The notes under the pieces: model-generated
The model's input: the letters and a program-made list of their open reading frames with translations, nothing else
Database searches by the model: none
What the model was told of the DNA's origin: nothing
Shown here: positions 50,848 through 63,950 of the stretch, piece after piece
How positions within the stretch are numbered: the first letter of the stretch is position 1
How the letters are laid out: each line of letters opens with the position of its first letter
NCBI GenBank assembly: GCA_030704615.1
Contig: CM060731.1
Location: forward strand, 53,878,001 to 53,942,000
Length of the DNA stretch: 64,000 nucleotides
From: Takakia lepidozioides
Taxonomy: Eukaryota > Plantae > Bryophyta
Reading direction: 5' to 3'
Position numbers and translations under genes: made by a program

Positions 50848-51341
50848 CAATGTTGGGCGGGTATTATTACTTTTAATACCAGCCGGGTCCTGGTATTGAA
50901 ATATTTTTACTTTTCAATACTAGCCGGTTCCGTAGTATTAGAATACTCACAAAATGATCATATCCGTCGGTTCTCAATAGATGCATGATTTTGGAAGTGC
51001 CAACGGTTACCAACCAGTGGTATTCTGTAATACCAGCCGGATACCAACCAGGGTATAAATAACTCAATTTAATATAATTTAAAGTGGTAGAGGGGGGGGG
51101 GGGAGGCAACTTAATTCTTTTTGCAACTTAATAAAATCCCCAGGGCCTCTGTTCCTTGTTTAAAAAGAAAAGAAAAAGGTATGATACATGGTTTAATGTT
51201 GGAAAAGCCCTTTGTATTACATAATATTTGTATTCGACCAAAAAAAAACTCTTGATCAAGGTGAGACAAGGTCTTCAAGGTACTTAACGCATGTTGGGTG
51301 AAAAGTAAAGAGTGGGCTGTATCCGCACCTGCCCAACATTG
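50848..51341. mobile_element. hAT-like MITE upstream of PEX4
   Basis: TIR CAATGTTGGGCGGGT / ACCTGCCCAACATTG, same TIR family as 16847-17442. TSD not clear. Confidence 0.65.
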
Positions 51342-51596
51342 GTTGGTACTTAGTACCGTCATGCATAATTCCTTTCTTGGGAAGGAAGGAAAAAAAAAAG
51401 CTTACCTCCTGTTGTGCAGTGATGGCCTTTTGTTTTTCCATTTTCGTTTAACTTGGATGGACAGAAGATTCAGATGATCTCAGTAGGAAGATGGAGGACA
51501 TCCGATTTAGGGTTTGGAGATCATGCACACTGCAACTCTGTCTGCTGGCCCACTGTCTGAGCCGAGACGAGTTCGTTGGATACCGCCTTTGCAGCC

Positions 51597-53723
51597 ATGG
51601 TAAGTTCGCAAAGCTTCCCCAACCTACGTACATGCATGTTATCGGAAATTCTTCATACAGGGAATTGATATCTGGGTCCAGTGATACCTCCTTGGCAGTA
51701 TTCTTGGCGTTGATCCTCTGATGTATGAGGCCTTCAATGCTTGTATGCGCCAGTTTTCGTAAGGAGTGTCTCCCTAGCTTCCTATCTTTTTCCCAGCTCA
51801 TCAGATTGCATGTTTATTTTGTGTCCTGGCATTCTTTCCGTAGAATGCACCGGCTGATGGGTTTTCCTTTTCTCTCTCTCTATTGCTGAATCAGGCATCG
51901 AGGGCTAGGCTATTTAAGGAGTACAAGGATTTGCAAAGAGACAAAGGGATCGATGGTGATATTCAGATGACATGTGACGACACCAATATCTATCGATGGA
52001 CGTCCCACATCAAGGTCACCCGCTTCTTTTAGTCTTCTGGTCAAACTTTTAGATTCAACACTGTAAAATCATGCGCATTGATCTGATGCCTCCCCTTCTG
52101 TCGTCCTCTCTCTTTCCTCCCCTCTCTTTCTATCATCAAATTGTGTAGATCAATAACAGCGATCCACTTGGTAATAGTTAGCTTTGTACAGTCTGCATGT
52201 TGTGTGCTCTTTTAGCTTGCAAGGTTGCGATCAGCGGTTCTGTAGGTAAAGGCCAAGAGGTACCCGCAAAATATCATGCGCACATTCTCACCATGGTTGA
52301 TTACGCAATTACAGGGGCCAACAGACACACCCTACGAGGAAGGGGAGTTCCAGTTAGCCATCAATGTGCCAGAGCAGTATCCCTTAGTACCCCCACAAGT
52401 GCGCTTTGTCACCAAAATTTTTCATCCCAATGTCCACTTCAAGGTGATTCCTTGTGCCAGTTTTCGCCCTTTCTTGTTGGGAGTTGCATTTGTGGCTTGC
52501 GAAGCATTATGGTTGAAATTAAAATTGACAGATCGACTTTTATCCAAAATTGTCCTACCGAAGCCGTTTGTGCACCCAATTCTTTATGTTCCTTTTAAGT
52601 TTGGTACATCTTGTGGCTCTCCTTCTTCCCGAGTCCACAGTCAGCTCTGTTGAGGAGGTGTGAGTGCACTGCGTCATAAATGAAACTATGTCTGTCTCGT
52701 CCTGCCACATTCCTACCCATCTGCTGGGTTGCTGTAGCCAGAGCGTGAATGGGACCAAATTGCTCCAGATCCAGAGGTTTTGTGCTGCGTAGATGTTTCA
52801 AGTGTTTAGATGCAAGTCATTAAGAAGGGTGCTTGGTAGATGGAGTCTCGGGAGACTGGAATTTCCTTGCTTACAAAATGGTCAACAATTTGGTGAGACC
52901 TCTTTCAGACAGGAGAGATTTGTCTGGATATTCTGAAGACTGCTTGGAGTCCAGCATGGACGCTCCAGTCAGTGTGTCGAGCAGTGATTGCCCTCATGGC
53001 TCACCCTGAAGCTGATAGCCCCCTCAATTGTGATTCTGGTACATTCCGCTCCCTTTGCATTTTGGGCTTCCATGTTAACTCCTCTTTGTCTATAGTTTTG
53101 AAGGTATTGTAGTTTGCAACACCCAAGAGGGCACTATCAACAGGAAGGATTTGAACCATAGTCTGGCGTAAGGACTCAGCAAATAACTAGCATGTGACAC
53201 ACGAAGGTCCCATGCAATGGGTTGTTGCTAGCTTGCGAGCATGGCATGCATCCACATTCTGTGTTACTAATTACTTTTCCCTAAACTTGGGGCCTATCAT
53301 GGATTGGACTTTAGAAGAATATCAGCTTCCTTGAGTTTGGAATGCCTGAAACATCTGTAGCAATCCCATCATTTTTCCTGTTTGGACCATTCAATCAATG
53401 AAGTGAAAAGGCTTGACTGAGATTGCTGGCTCTTTCAGCTGCTGGGTAAGAGGTTGTTGTTAGTGGGTGGACACTCACTTTTGGCATCTTCAGGATGGGC
53501 AAGTGTTTGGAGGTTGTTATGTTATCTCCAAATTTTAGGCATACTTGTTGGCACCAAAAGTTCGACGTGGCAGTTGGACTTCTCTATGATTCTTGATCTT
53601 GAGGTGGTGTGTTTGAACACAGGGAATTTGCTGAGATCTGGTGACCATCGAGGCTTTCGATCAATGGCTCAGATGTACACCCGCCTTTGTGCTGTTCCAC
53701 CTGAGGGTAATCGTCCAAGCTGA
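51597..53723 (+). CDS. PEX4: Peroxin-4, ubiquitin-conjugating enzyme E2 (UBC21 orthologue)
   Basis: Exons 51597-51599, 51895-52014, 52315-52443, 52909-53038, 53623-53723, all with GT..AG introns, giving MASRARLFKEYK...[33 protein letters not shown]...PLNCDSGNLLRSGD..GFRSMAQMYTRL. Confidence 0.95.
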
Positions 53724-54680
53724 CAAAACTATAGAGAAGCCTTCTGTAAAGAAACTAGTCAGAAGTGCGTAGAGGCCTGTAAATGTCACCTTTGCCTGTC
53801 TGTTATATATAACTATACTGAAGTTAAGATCTTACCAACATACTCTACTAATGCGTGTCCTCTTGGCCATTACATAGAGGGTGTAATTAGTTAAGAAAAT
53901 ATATTTTCCAGATGACAAAGAAAATTTGTACATATGACCGAATAAGTAAGGATGTGAGGACCCTTGCTCTAACATCTGGACAATTGCAGTATGAAATGGG
54001 TCGGGTCTGGTTTGACAGACATGGACATGTGCAGAAGTCAACAAGCATCTATCTGCTTTGCAGAGAATTCTCAACTGTGAACACTGGAGTTGTATGTGAT
54101 GTATGTGTGACGTATGTGGTATATTTCAGCAGTTGAATATTATTGACTGAGGAGGCTCACATTGCGTCATATCTTCCACATATCAAGAGAGCAGAACACT
54201 TGGATGATATATGTTATTTATCTTGCTGTTTGTTACACACGGGTTAGAATAGCTCAATGCGAAGTAGTTCTAAGCATTGCAATGTACTGGACAATTCCTT
54301 ATGTTGTGCATCCAGGCTTATGATTAAATCTCTTCTTAGGTACTGTGTCTTGTCAAGCTCTGTGACCCCATAGTGAGAGGAGAGTCGTCTTTGAAGGATG
54401 TAGTTTCACTGTTGAACTAACCAGTAAATCCTAGTAATTGTCTTGTAGTGCAGGTCGAATTGTGGAGCTTACCAGGCAAAGTGACAACACAGATGACCCA
54501 AAGCTATCCAAAAGCATATCGAAACAAGCTGAAAAGTCAGCCCAATGTAAATTACAAATCTCATGGCAAATCTGAACGCAGGCTAATCTGTAACTTGTTC
54601 TCTCCTGTTGCTCATACGTGGCTGAAAAACCTCAGGAAACATCTACTGTTCCTGTATGTAGCCTACGTATATACTAAGAT

Positions 54681-56650
54681 CTAGTTTTTGGGGATTTTGA
54701 GGAAGACGGTATGAGCTGGCCCATCGTAGGTCGTTCGGATGGTTTGGAGGCCATGCGGAATTTTGAAACACTGTGGACCCCAGAACGAGCTGTTGTACGA
54801 GAAGGCAGCGATGCAGGAGCAGTCTTTTAGGCAGAGTGCTTGACACTCACTTGGGGACACCGAAAAGCTTGGATAAGTAGGAATCAGCTCACCAAACCAA
54901 TAGAAATCCTCCAAGAATGAGTAGCTATATCCGACCAACTCCACTGAATTTCCATTGCACCCCTTCAACGGCCTCACAGGAATGCAACCTTGACTCAGAT
55001 CCGAGGGTTTAGCGGGCTGAAAATGCGGTGGACAGCCAGTGCACTTATATGCGTTGCTTGAGATTGATGGCGCACCACAAATACCATAAGGGCCACACGC
55101 GTTGGGTAGCTCGCATAAGGTTTTGAGGGCTTGAAAATTGAGCTGCCACTGGCCTCCTGTATACACGTACGTTTTCAAGTTGCCATCAGACTCCAACCTT
55201 GCATACTCGAGGAGATTGCCACCTGGGTTGAGGTTGTTACTTCCCCCATGGAAATCCATCCTTGCCATATACACTAAGGCCATTGCTCAACTCTGCGTAA
55301 CTCACTTGGTTTGATGCCCATGCACTCTGTATGACTGCAAACTCTGTCTGTAAGGTCCAGTAGCGATCTGCCCCAAACGATTGATTGTAATCTGGGAATG
55401 GCGTATTGTAGCTGTACAGCTTAGTGAAGTCTGCAAAGAGTGACAGATCATTTGAGTAGCTGTTCACCCTAGAAGAATAGATCCCTCCCGAAGAATAGGA
55501 CCAATCTTTCGCGGCAGCAAACATGATGCTGCCCACATGGAACTTCTGGCTAGTAAGAAGCGTGTCGGATGGATGGTCAAAGCTCTGCCACACAATTGTG
55601 GCCTGACTGAGAAGAACCAGGTCACCACTCTCCTGCAGCTCCATGCCATTTACATTCTTTCCTTTCGTGTTGCTGCTCCAGATCACCGACTTGCTGTCTG
55701 ACAGCACCAGATTTCCATCTTTACCCAGAGAGAAGGTGCATATCTGTTCCAGCCGCAAACAACACCAGAATTGTTATGAACTCAAATGACCCGATTAATG
55801 CGTGAACATCAAAAGTCTAATGTCATTCAACTTGGTGGTCTAGTTGATTTGTAAGCTTAAGTATTTTGTCATACCTTAAACATCCTACGGAATCTTCCCT
55901 AGCATAGTTAGTGTGGAACGCTATCGTGCCCAGAAGGCGCTGCACTAGAGAGAAATTTCTGTAACAGCAGCACAACAAAGTAGCCGCATGACGCAGATTC
56001 GATAAGTTCTATGTTCAAAAGTAGAGCCTGTACGGAGGTAGTCTTCTTGCGTATCCCTCCATTAATTCCCGTTCTTTAGCTGTACATAGTAATTCAGTTG
56101 ACGAGAGCTCTGCCGAGTCCTCTTCCGTTGAATTTGGAAGGGAGATCCGTATTCGCATTGTGAGCAAACAGCTGCGCCCACTTCAACACTGATCCGTGTC
56201 TGCAGGATCCTCCTCTGTGCGTGGGGGAGATCTGATCTGATAGTACTAGGTGGTGAGTACTCTACTTGTATAGCAATGGCAATGGAGGTCTGATTCCTGG
56301 GAGAGCTGATTGCTTAGAACTGGGAAAATACAGACCAACGATGAATATTAAACCACTTGCAGCATAATTACCCCATTGACGAAATGGCCGCTGCGAGCAT
56401 AGAAGTTGGCCACCCACACCTGCAGCTCCGACGGTGCATGGTTTACTGTCAACACGCATGTAGGATTCCCCGCTGGTGCGGTGGGAAGCTCCAGCAAATT
56501 CAAGGAAAATGTGCCATTGGCAGAAGTGAGGACAGTCACACTCTGCCTCCCCTTCCCACTTGTAGTCCATGATTGCCCAAGTGACGCTCCCTCACCAGAC
56601 TGCGACAAGAGCAGGGTGAAGACCAGGAAAAGAATCAGTGAACTCGCCAT
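54681..56650 (-). CDS. Secreted bulb-type (G-type) lectin / S-locus-glycoprotein-like / PAN protein (EP1-like) with one frameshift
   Basis: Signal peptide exon 56650-56372 splices in frame to 55743. LGKDGNLVL, WQSFDHPSDTLL, ARLESDGNL, CELPNACGPYGIC, CQALCLKDCSC. Frame change near 55245-55283; no TM or kinase domain. Confidence 0.82.
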
Positions 56651-57410
56651 GTTGTGCAACTACGGCAGTCTGAGTTCACGACTTCATGCCCCTCCGATTT
56701 CGAGTTTTATTGCTCTTCCATGATCTCCTTTTCTGCATTTCCTATGTCACACCGGACAGTTGACCAGCACCGCAATGTCTCCTGAACATCGTATCCATCG
56801 TTCTCATCGTCATCCTAGGCCCGCGGCGTCCTCCAGGTGCTGCCAAAGGCCATTTCGAGCTTCAGCTGCACTGTTGATAGGTACTCATGCACGAAACTTA
56901 TCCGAAACGGACAAGGATCACTGAAATGGGGTCGGACTCCGCGTTGGGATGTGCAGGCCGCTGCGTCATGCATTCCCTTCACAGTGCACACCCACTTCCC
57001 ACGAGTGAGTTGATAAGTTGGGTGCCATCCTCCCTGCTCTTTCTCTAGTCAAACTCATCGAATAGAACTCGCAGTTGACTGTTAAAAATGGCACTGGAAT
57101 GTTACCAATATTGATACCTTCTTTGAAGATCCCTTAGGGTCTATGTCTGTGGGCCACACCTCGCACCTAGAGACGAGTTGGTATTGTGATCATGATTTTC
57201 ACTGTCTAGACAGAATACATCTGCTATTTTTTGATACTATGAAAGAAGCATACAGTTCAACTCTCTGATTAATATATTCAGCATGCAAAATCAGCTGGGA
57301 ATCTATAGATGTGAGCATTTACAAGCATTCAATAGTCATTGAATTAGTTGTACTCATCTACCTTCTATTCGCATGTCCATGGAGGACGTGGACATTGTCT
57401 AGTTTGATGT

Positions 57411-60400
57411 AAAAAAAAAAAAAAAAAAACAAAAAACAAAACGAGATTCATATATCATGGCGAAATCTCAGAAGAGAGATAATACGTGGATCAAGCCCCT
57501 GGTCAAGCCCCTGGGTTGGGAAGCTCATGATGGTTCACAGATGAACTTGTAGCAGTGGATACATTGCCCAATCGACATCCACCATATCGGTTTTTGGTTT
57601 TTTCCTAATGCATAACGTTGAGGTCAAGCTGGATGCTCCTGACTGATTATGTTGGGTGCCAGGGGATGAAATTGTGTCAGGCCTCTCATGTGTAAAACGG
57701 ATCCTGCATAGCTTTATAAAAAGACCCAAGTGGGGTGACTGTACAAATGGGTGTAACTGTCCCCAAGAGGAAACAACCAAAGCTCGTAGAGCTAGATATA
57801 TTAACACAAAGAAAGAAATCAAACTATTCTAGTATCACCTGCAGCCTGAAGAAGGTCAGACAACAAGAAAGAGGGTGGATCAGAGGGTGCGGGGAGGCGA
57901 GATGAAGCCGCCCCAACAACCTCTGCCCGACGTAAAATAGATTGAGCTTGAGCCTTTTGCAAAGCAACAGAAACTCGTTGTCTAAAGAAAGCTACAAGAA
58001 CAGAGGCGTATGGGCTTCCAAGGCTTTTGTTTTCTGCTGCACGATGGGCACATGCGCGAAGAAATTCGTTGAACTGATGATGCAAACAACCAAAGATCTC
58101 GACTGCCAAGTCTGTGGAATGACGTGCCCGATAGTCATGCTCATTTCCCTGCGCAGCTACTGAAGCGACAACTCCCTGTGATGAGGCTGTGCGGGGCAGG
58201 AGATCCGACCTAGTAGGATCAGCGATGACAACCAATGTACGTAGTCCGTCCTGTGAGAGAACAATGTCAACCCGTCGTCGAGTGGAATGGTGATGTGGGT
58301 CGATGGGAGTATGTGCACCTGCTCTCGAATGACATGTATCCCAGCATCACGAGCAACCGCAGTTGCCACATCTCGGACGACGTCATGGGTCGCAGTGCGT
58401 TCTCCACTGTAGGGGCAACAAAGAAGATGTACGTCGAGTGAATCGAGAGGATGGCGACAAACACACTGTTGTAGTCCTAACACAAAGGGATGCGGAAGAC
58501 CCAGTCAAACTCGTAGGGAGGTGGTAAATACAACAGAAGACATACAGAAGGGTGCAATGGTTGGTCGTACCGTGAGCCACGCGCCTGCTCCGGGCCCTGC
58601 GCACGAGAGAAGTCTGGCCCGATGTGAATCTGAAGGAGCGTCGGAAAGCATGCTGGCAAATGAGTGTCGGTGCACGCGTTCCATGATGGTATCCTGTAAA
58701 TGCTCCAGACCTTGAGTGACCAACTGTTCAAAGGGTGGCAGACAAGCCCGTGCTGGTGTTTGGATGAGATCCCGCGCTGAACGAAGATGTTGCTGGAGGG
58801 ACAAAGAGCCATCGTCGATGTGGGCAACCACCTCCATGAGAAAAGGGCGTTGCTGACACAGAAACCGAAATGCCAAGGCTGGAGCGACTAAAGCCCAACT
58901 ACCTAGGAAGGCAGCAGGGGCAGTGACGACTGTGGATAATAAACCCACTCCTCCAGAAGAGATTGGGAGGGTAGCCTAACGACATGCCAAGGGCCCCTGC
59001 TCACTGTCAAATGCACCTTGACCTAATAGACGACCAAAAACCCCCCTAACAGTCGTATAAAAAGAAGACAGAAGCTCCACAAACTGGGGAGTGGGGGGGA
59101 AACAACACAAAAGATAAGAAGGTCGCTGTAAAAAACATTTGGTGAGAATGCCATGGGCTACCTGCATATCGCCTAGTTTGGGAAGAAGCTCTATATGGTT
59201 TGTATCCTGTAGCAAAGCGTCTTGGAGGAAAGATGATGTGTAAGGGGTATTACCAAAGGGAACACCTAACACTCGAATTCCCTCAGATGGTGCTAGAAAG
59301 TTGACAGGGGGCATGAAATCTGAAGGCAGACCAGAGGGTGACCAAACTGTGGATTTGCGAGATTGAACAGTGAGCCCAAGAGAGTGAAGTTGGGTAGCAA
59401 AGTGATGGAAAGCCAAAATGATATCAGTGGGAGGGAAGGATTGGAAGGCTTGCGCAGATGAGCGAATGGCTTGGAAGTGGGCAAAAGCAAAAAGAGGTCC
59501 CGCTAATGGATCGCCTTGACGGGTTCCTACTTCGGACTGGATTATAGAAAGATCTCCGGTACGGGTGTGATGACTGTAAAACAAAGGGGTGGAGGAAGCA
59601 TAAAACAATCTCACAAAGGGAATGAGTTGATGGCATGCGCCGCCGGCTGATCGCAGTTCTTGAAATATTGCTGATCTAGACACCGTGTTGAAGGCGTTGG
59701 TCACATCCACCTGAAGGACGACCCAGTCTGGATGAAGGTCAAGGCAGCCCGAATCCCATGCACCACCGCTTCACAACCTCCCGGAATAGCGACCCCAAAC
59801 TGATGTGGAGAAAAGTGAGAAGAAAAGACCTCCCGAAACTGGATGCAGATAGAGCGGCTCACCAAGCGATACAGAACCTCCCCCACTGCAATAGGACGAA
59901 TCCCACTTGTGTTCTTGGACATGGCCAAGAGCCGTGCTGCTCCAAGCAAACGTGCTATGGGGTAGGTATATGTCCCATCGCAATGAAAGAGCAAACTTGG
60001 AACAGCTGGGAAAAGCCACTAGCAGAGTCATGTGGATTGAGACAGTCACGGAGGTGTTCATACACCAAACCAGACGGACCGGCTGCTGCAAGATGAGGGC
60101 TACCTGTGAATGCTTGTATGAAAGTATCGCGATCCAATTGAAGGTCCTCGTCACGTTCAAAGTCCTCCACAAAAGAAGGAAGGATGTCGTCCGCACTGGG
60201 GTAGAGATTCTCCAAATCTGTGACAGTATCAGCCGAAGGCGGTGTTGAGGTAAGGGGAGCAAGAGCTTGAGCTGCATGGGAATACTCTCCTGCCCGGCCT
60301 AACATAAGACTCCGACGAAGACGCATCATGAGCTATTCGCGCCGCAAGTGCTTGTGCACGTAGATAATGTTCGTCTTGAAGGGTTTCCCAGTCCCCACAG

Positions 60401-60447
60401 AGAAATCTACGAAGACGGGCACGCGTCTCTCGATGTCCGGATTCACC
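57411..60447 (-). mobile_element. CRE-clade non-LTR retrotransposon (RT + CCHC + restriction-like endonuclease), 5'-truncated and decayed
   Basis: AAGPSG, GIRPIAVGEVLYRL, QFGVAIPGGCE, DVTNAFNTVSR, GTRQGDPL, GAGAWL, CVC..LD...HLLCC...HDVVRD, RVDIV..., AVEIFG, QRVSVALQK. The RT DD motif is lost by deletion; the 3' boundary is uncertain. Confidence 0.85.
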
Positions 60448-60455
60448 ATAATGGA

Positions 60456-61133
60456 CATAGTCGGAGCCGACTATGGAGTGAAGACACCGAAAGTCCTTGA
60501 GAGCTCCACATTCCGGGGTTGGTGGTAGTCGGCACCGACTCCAACGTCCTCCACTCGGTTTTTATACACATACGGGAAGTCGCCACCGACTACAAAAACA
60601 GGGGATTGGCGGAAAAATCGACTGTAGTCGATGCCGACTACATAACCTAGATGGTAAAATATGTGCAAAGTATAGTTTCAATGACTTGTTGTGGTGGTAG
60701 TCGGTAGCGACTATCCGCACGGATCATGCCATCCATTGTTGAATTCCGTAGTAGTCGCTGCCGACTAGCATACAAAATGTAGAAATGTTATGTTTGCATG
60801 ATATCGTTTGGTCGTTGACGGCCCTTCACAACGCTTATGGAAAGCCGGATTTTGCGTGGTCCTTCAAAAGTGTATGCTCCATGAACACATAGTCGGCAAC
60901 AACTACGGTAATCTACATCACGACGATGACGGTGTGGCATTATTGGTAGCGTGGGGAAAGTCGGCATGGTATATTCGCTCCGATAAACCGAGTTGCCTAG
61001 TACATATGTTCCCGGTGAACTTATGTCCGAAATACAATTTGGATAACCTCATGTGGATGTAGTCGGTAGCGACTATCCGTTGGAATCATGACACCCATTG
61101 AACAATTGGAATGTAGTCGCTGCCGACTACATT
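60456..61133. repeat. Array of about nine 18-bp palindromes GTAGTCG-N4-CGACTAC, probably the subterminal region of a DNA transposon
   Basis: Copies at ~60456, 60525, 60577, 60623, 60698, 60752, 60889, 61059, 61113. Confidence 0.85.
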
Positions 61134-61758
61134 ATTTCGCATAGAACATGTTGTAATGCGAGGATTTGGTGTGTCCAAAACTTGCGGTCTTCGACGCTTG
61201 CGCGCGGATCGTAAAGCCACGGACTTCGCTTGGCTCTTTCGTGTCCATACAATGAGTCCAAAACAGGAAATGGCTAATTGGTCAATGAGTGTGTTCCATG
61301 TGGCCATTACGCAATACAGTTCGGGACGATGAAATTGTACTGTGGTTTTTATTTTCTCTATTAGTAATAAAATATTATAGTACTACTATGTACCATTTTT
61401 GGCCACAAGTATGTACGCACGAAATTCAAATTGAACTTGTTTCATATAATGTACAAATGAAAAACTGTTGTGAATGCGGAAGTGGATGACGTTTTAGGGG
61501 ATGATAGCATCCATTCATTTTCGAAATTGAATTTTGGAGTGGAGATTTCCCCGCGTTCCATGGAGTACGCATCCAACATGGATGAGGGCACGTGGCTCGT
61601 AAGCATAGGTGTAGTATTTTAGGCATCCGTTGAGGGCCACATAGAGTTGTTTTGTCATGCCTTTGTGTGTGCTCCACTGTGCCCCCTGCTGTGAACTCGT
61701 TTTTCCACCTCCCGACCCTTCGCCTTCCTTTGCACTGTGGAGCTGCGGAAGTTGAGTC

Positions 61759-62305
61759 ATGGAGCACATTGGGGATGATGACGACGAGTTCGCCATGTCC
61801 ACGCAAAATCGTAGGGTCCTGCGCACTCGCACAGTCGTCTCCCAGTAGAGTACTGAGGGCGGTCCGGGTAAACCACCAAAGAAGACGAGGAAGCTCCGGA
61901 AGAAAGGAATGACCTCACAGGAAGGAGGCATGGTGTCCACAGCCGCCACCTTCTCCGGGGAACGCGTTCCTCAATCGCCCCCTACAGCAGCAACCGGCGC
62001 CTCGCCTGGTCCAGCCACAAGCGCACAGGGAGGTGGGACCTCCAATCCGGCGAGTGCCTTGAACGTTCAAGTAGACGTAGTGTTGACTGCTGACATGCGC
62101 AAGCAAGCGCTTTTGTCTTTAACGACAAGCGCGATGAACCACACTATGAGCTCCATTGCGCACTTGCTGAAGAATGGGGCTCCTCCACGAATCCCGTTGT
62201 GTAGGATGAAGCCACTTCCGGCTGTTCGAATGGCAGAGCGACCGGCATCAACAAGCTGAAGCTATTCTTCGAAGCAGATAGGTACAACGACGCCTTGGCC
62301 TCGCT
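61759..62305 (+). pseudogene. 5' fragment of a second ParB-like gene
   Basis: ATG at 61759, one stop at 61846, low-complexity N-terminus, then RIPLCRMKPLPAVR...(frameshift)INKLKLFFEADRY, aligning to DIPLCRMISMSVV...ITKLESDFVHGY of the element 1 gene. Confidence 0.6.
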
Positions 62306-63950
62306 GCATGGTGACATCTTCAGAGCTGGAATTGTACCAAATGTCATTCTGAGGCATACCCTGGTGGACATGTATGCAAAGTGGGTGCATCGAGCCCTGG
62401 ACAAGGGCAAAGAGGTGCATGGCAATATCATCAAAGCTGGAATTGTACCAAATGTCATTCTGAACACTGCCCTGGCAGCTCTGGAAAAGGGGAAAGAGGT
62501 CCATGGTGACATCTTCAGAGCTGGAATTGTACCAAATGTCATTCTGAACCATACCCTGGTGGACATGTATGCAAAGTGGGTGCATCGAGCCCTGGACAAG
62601 GGCTAAGAGGTGCATGGCGATATCATCAAAGCTGGAATTGTACCAAATGTCATTCTGAACACTGCCCTGGCAGCTCTGGAAAAGGGGAAAGAGGCCAAGG
62701 TGACATCTTCAGAGCTGGAATTGTACCAAATGTCATTCTGAACCATACCCTGGTGGACATGTATGCAAAGTGGGTGCATCGAGCCCTGGACAAGGGCAAA
62801 GAGGTGCATGGCGATATCATCAAAGCTGGAATTGTACCAAATGTCATTCTGCACACTGCCCTGGCAACTCTGGAAAAGGGGAAAGAGGTCCATGGTGACA
62901 TCTTCAGAGCTGGAATTGTACCAAATGTCATTCTGAACCATACCCTGGTGGACATGTATGCAAAGTGGGTGCATCGAGCCCTGGACAAGGGCAAAGAGGT
63001 GCATGGCGATATCACCAAAGCTGGAATTGTACCAAATGTCATTCTGAACACTGCCCTGGCAGCTCTGGAAAAGGGGAAAGAGGTCCATGGTGACATCTTC
63101 AGAGCTGGAATTGTACCAAATGTCATTCTGAACCATACCCTGGTGGACATGTATGCAAAGTGGGTGCATCGAGCCCTGGACAAGGGCAAAGAGGTGCATG
63201 GCGATATCATCAAAGCTGGAATTGTACCAAATGTCATTTTGAACACTGTCCTGGCAGCTCTGGAGAAGGGGAAAGAGGTCCATGGTGACATCTTCAGAGC
63301 TGGAATTGTACCAAATGTCATTCTGAACCATACCCTGGTGGACATGTATGCAAAGTGGGTGCATCGAGCCCTGGACAAGGGCAAAGAGGTGCATGGCAAT
63401 ATCATCAAAGCTGGAATTGTACCAAATGTCATTCTGAACACTGCCCTGGCAGCTCTGGAAAAGAGGAAAGAGGTCCATGGTGACATCTTCAGAGCTGGAA
63501 TTGTACCAAATGTCATTCTGAACCATACCCTGGTGGACATGTATGCAAAGTGGGTACATCGAGCCCTGGATAAGGGCAAAGAGGTGCATGGCGATATCAT
63601 CAAAGCTGGAATTGTACCAAATGTCATTTTGAACACTGCCCTGGCAGCTCTGGAGAAGGGGACAGAGGTCCATGGCGATATCTTCAGAGCTGGAATTGTA
63701 CCAAATGTCATTCTGAACAATACCCTAGTGGACATGTATGCAAAATGTGGGTGCATCGAGGATGCAAATGGAGTATTCAACACTACGGCTGAACGAGATG
63801 TGGTGTCGTGGAGTGCGTGCTTGCAGGGTATGCACAGCGGGGACGTGGGATGGAGGCTTTGGAGACCTTGAGCAAATGATGGGGGTAGGGGTGAAGCCCG
63901 GGAAAAGGGCGAAGAGGTGCATGGGGATATCATCAAAGTTGGAATTGTCC
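62305..63950 (+). pseudogene. PLS-class PPR-derived 195-bp tandem array (~7.5 copies) running into a normal PPR segment
   Basis: Unit starts 62472, 62667, 62861, 63056, 63251, 63446, 63641. ALEKGKEVHGDI..AGIVPNVILN.TLVDMYAK ends in KCGCIEDANGVFN...RDVVSWS. Stop at 62604 and frameshift near 62695. Confidence 0.88.

Noticed and set aside
60444-60460. CATAATGGAC as another piggyBac TIR
   Set aside because: Only a partial match to CCCCTAATGGACGA and no TTAA flank.
60456-61133. CRISPR array (also considered for 5724-6540)
   Set aside because: Repeats are short, degenerate and irregularly spaced, the intervening sequences are themselves repeated, there are no cas genes, and the context is eukaryotic.
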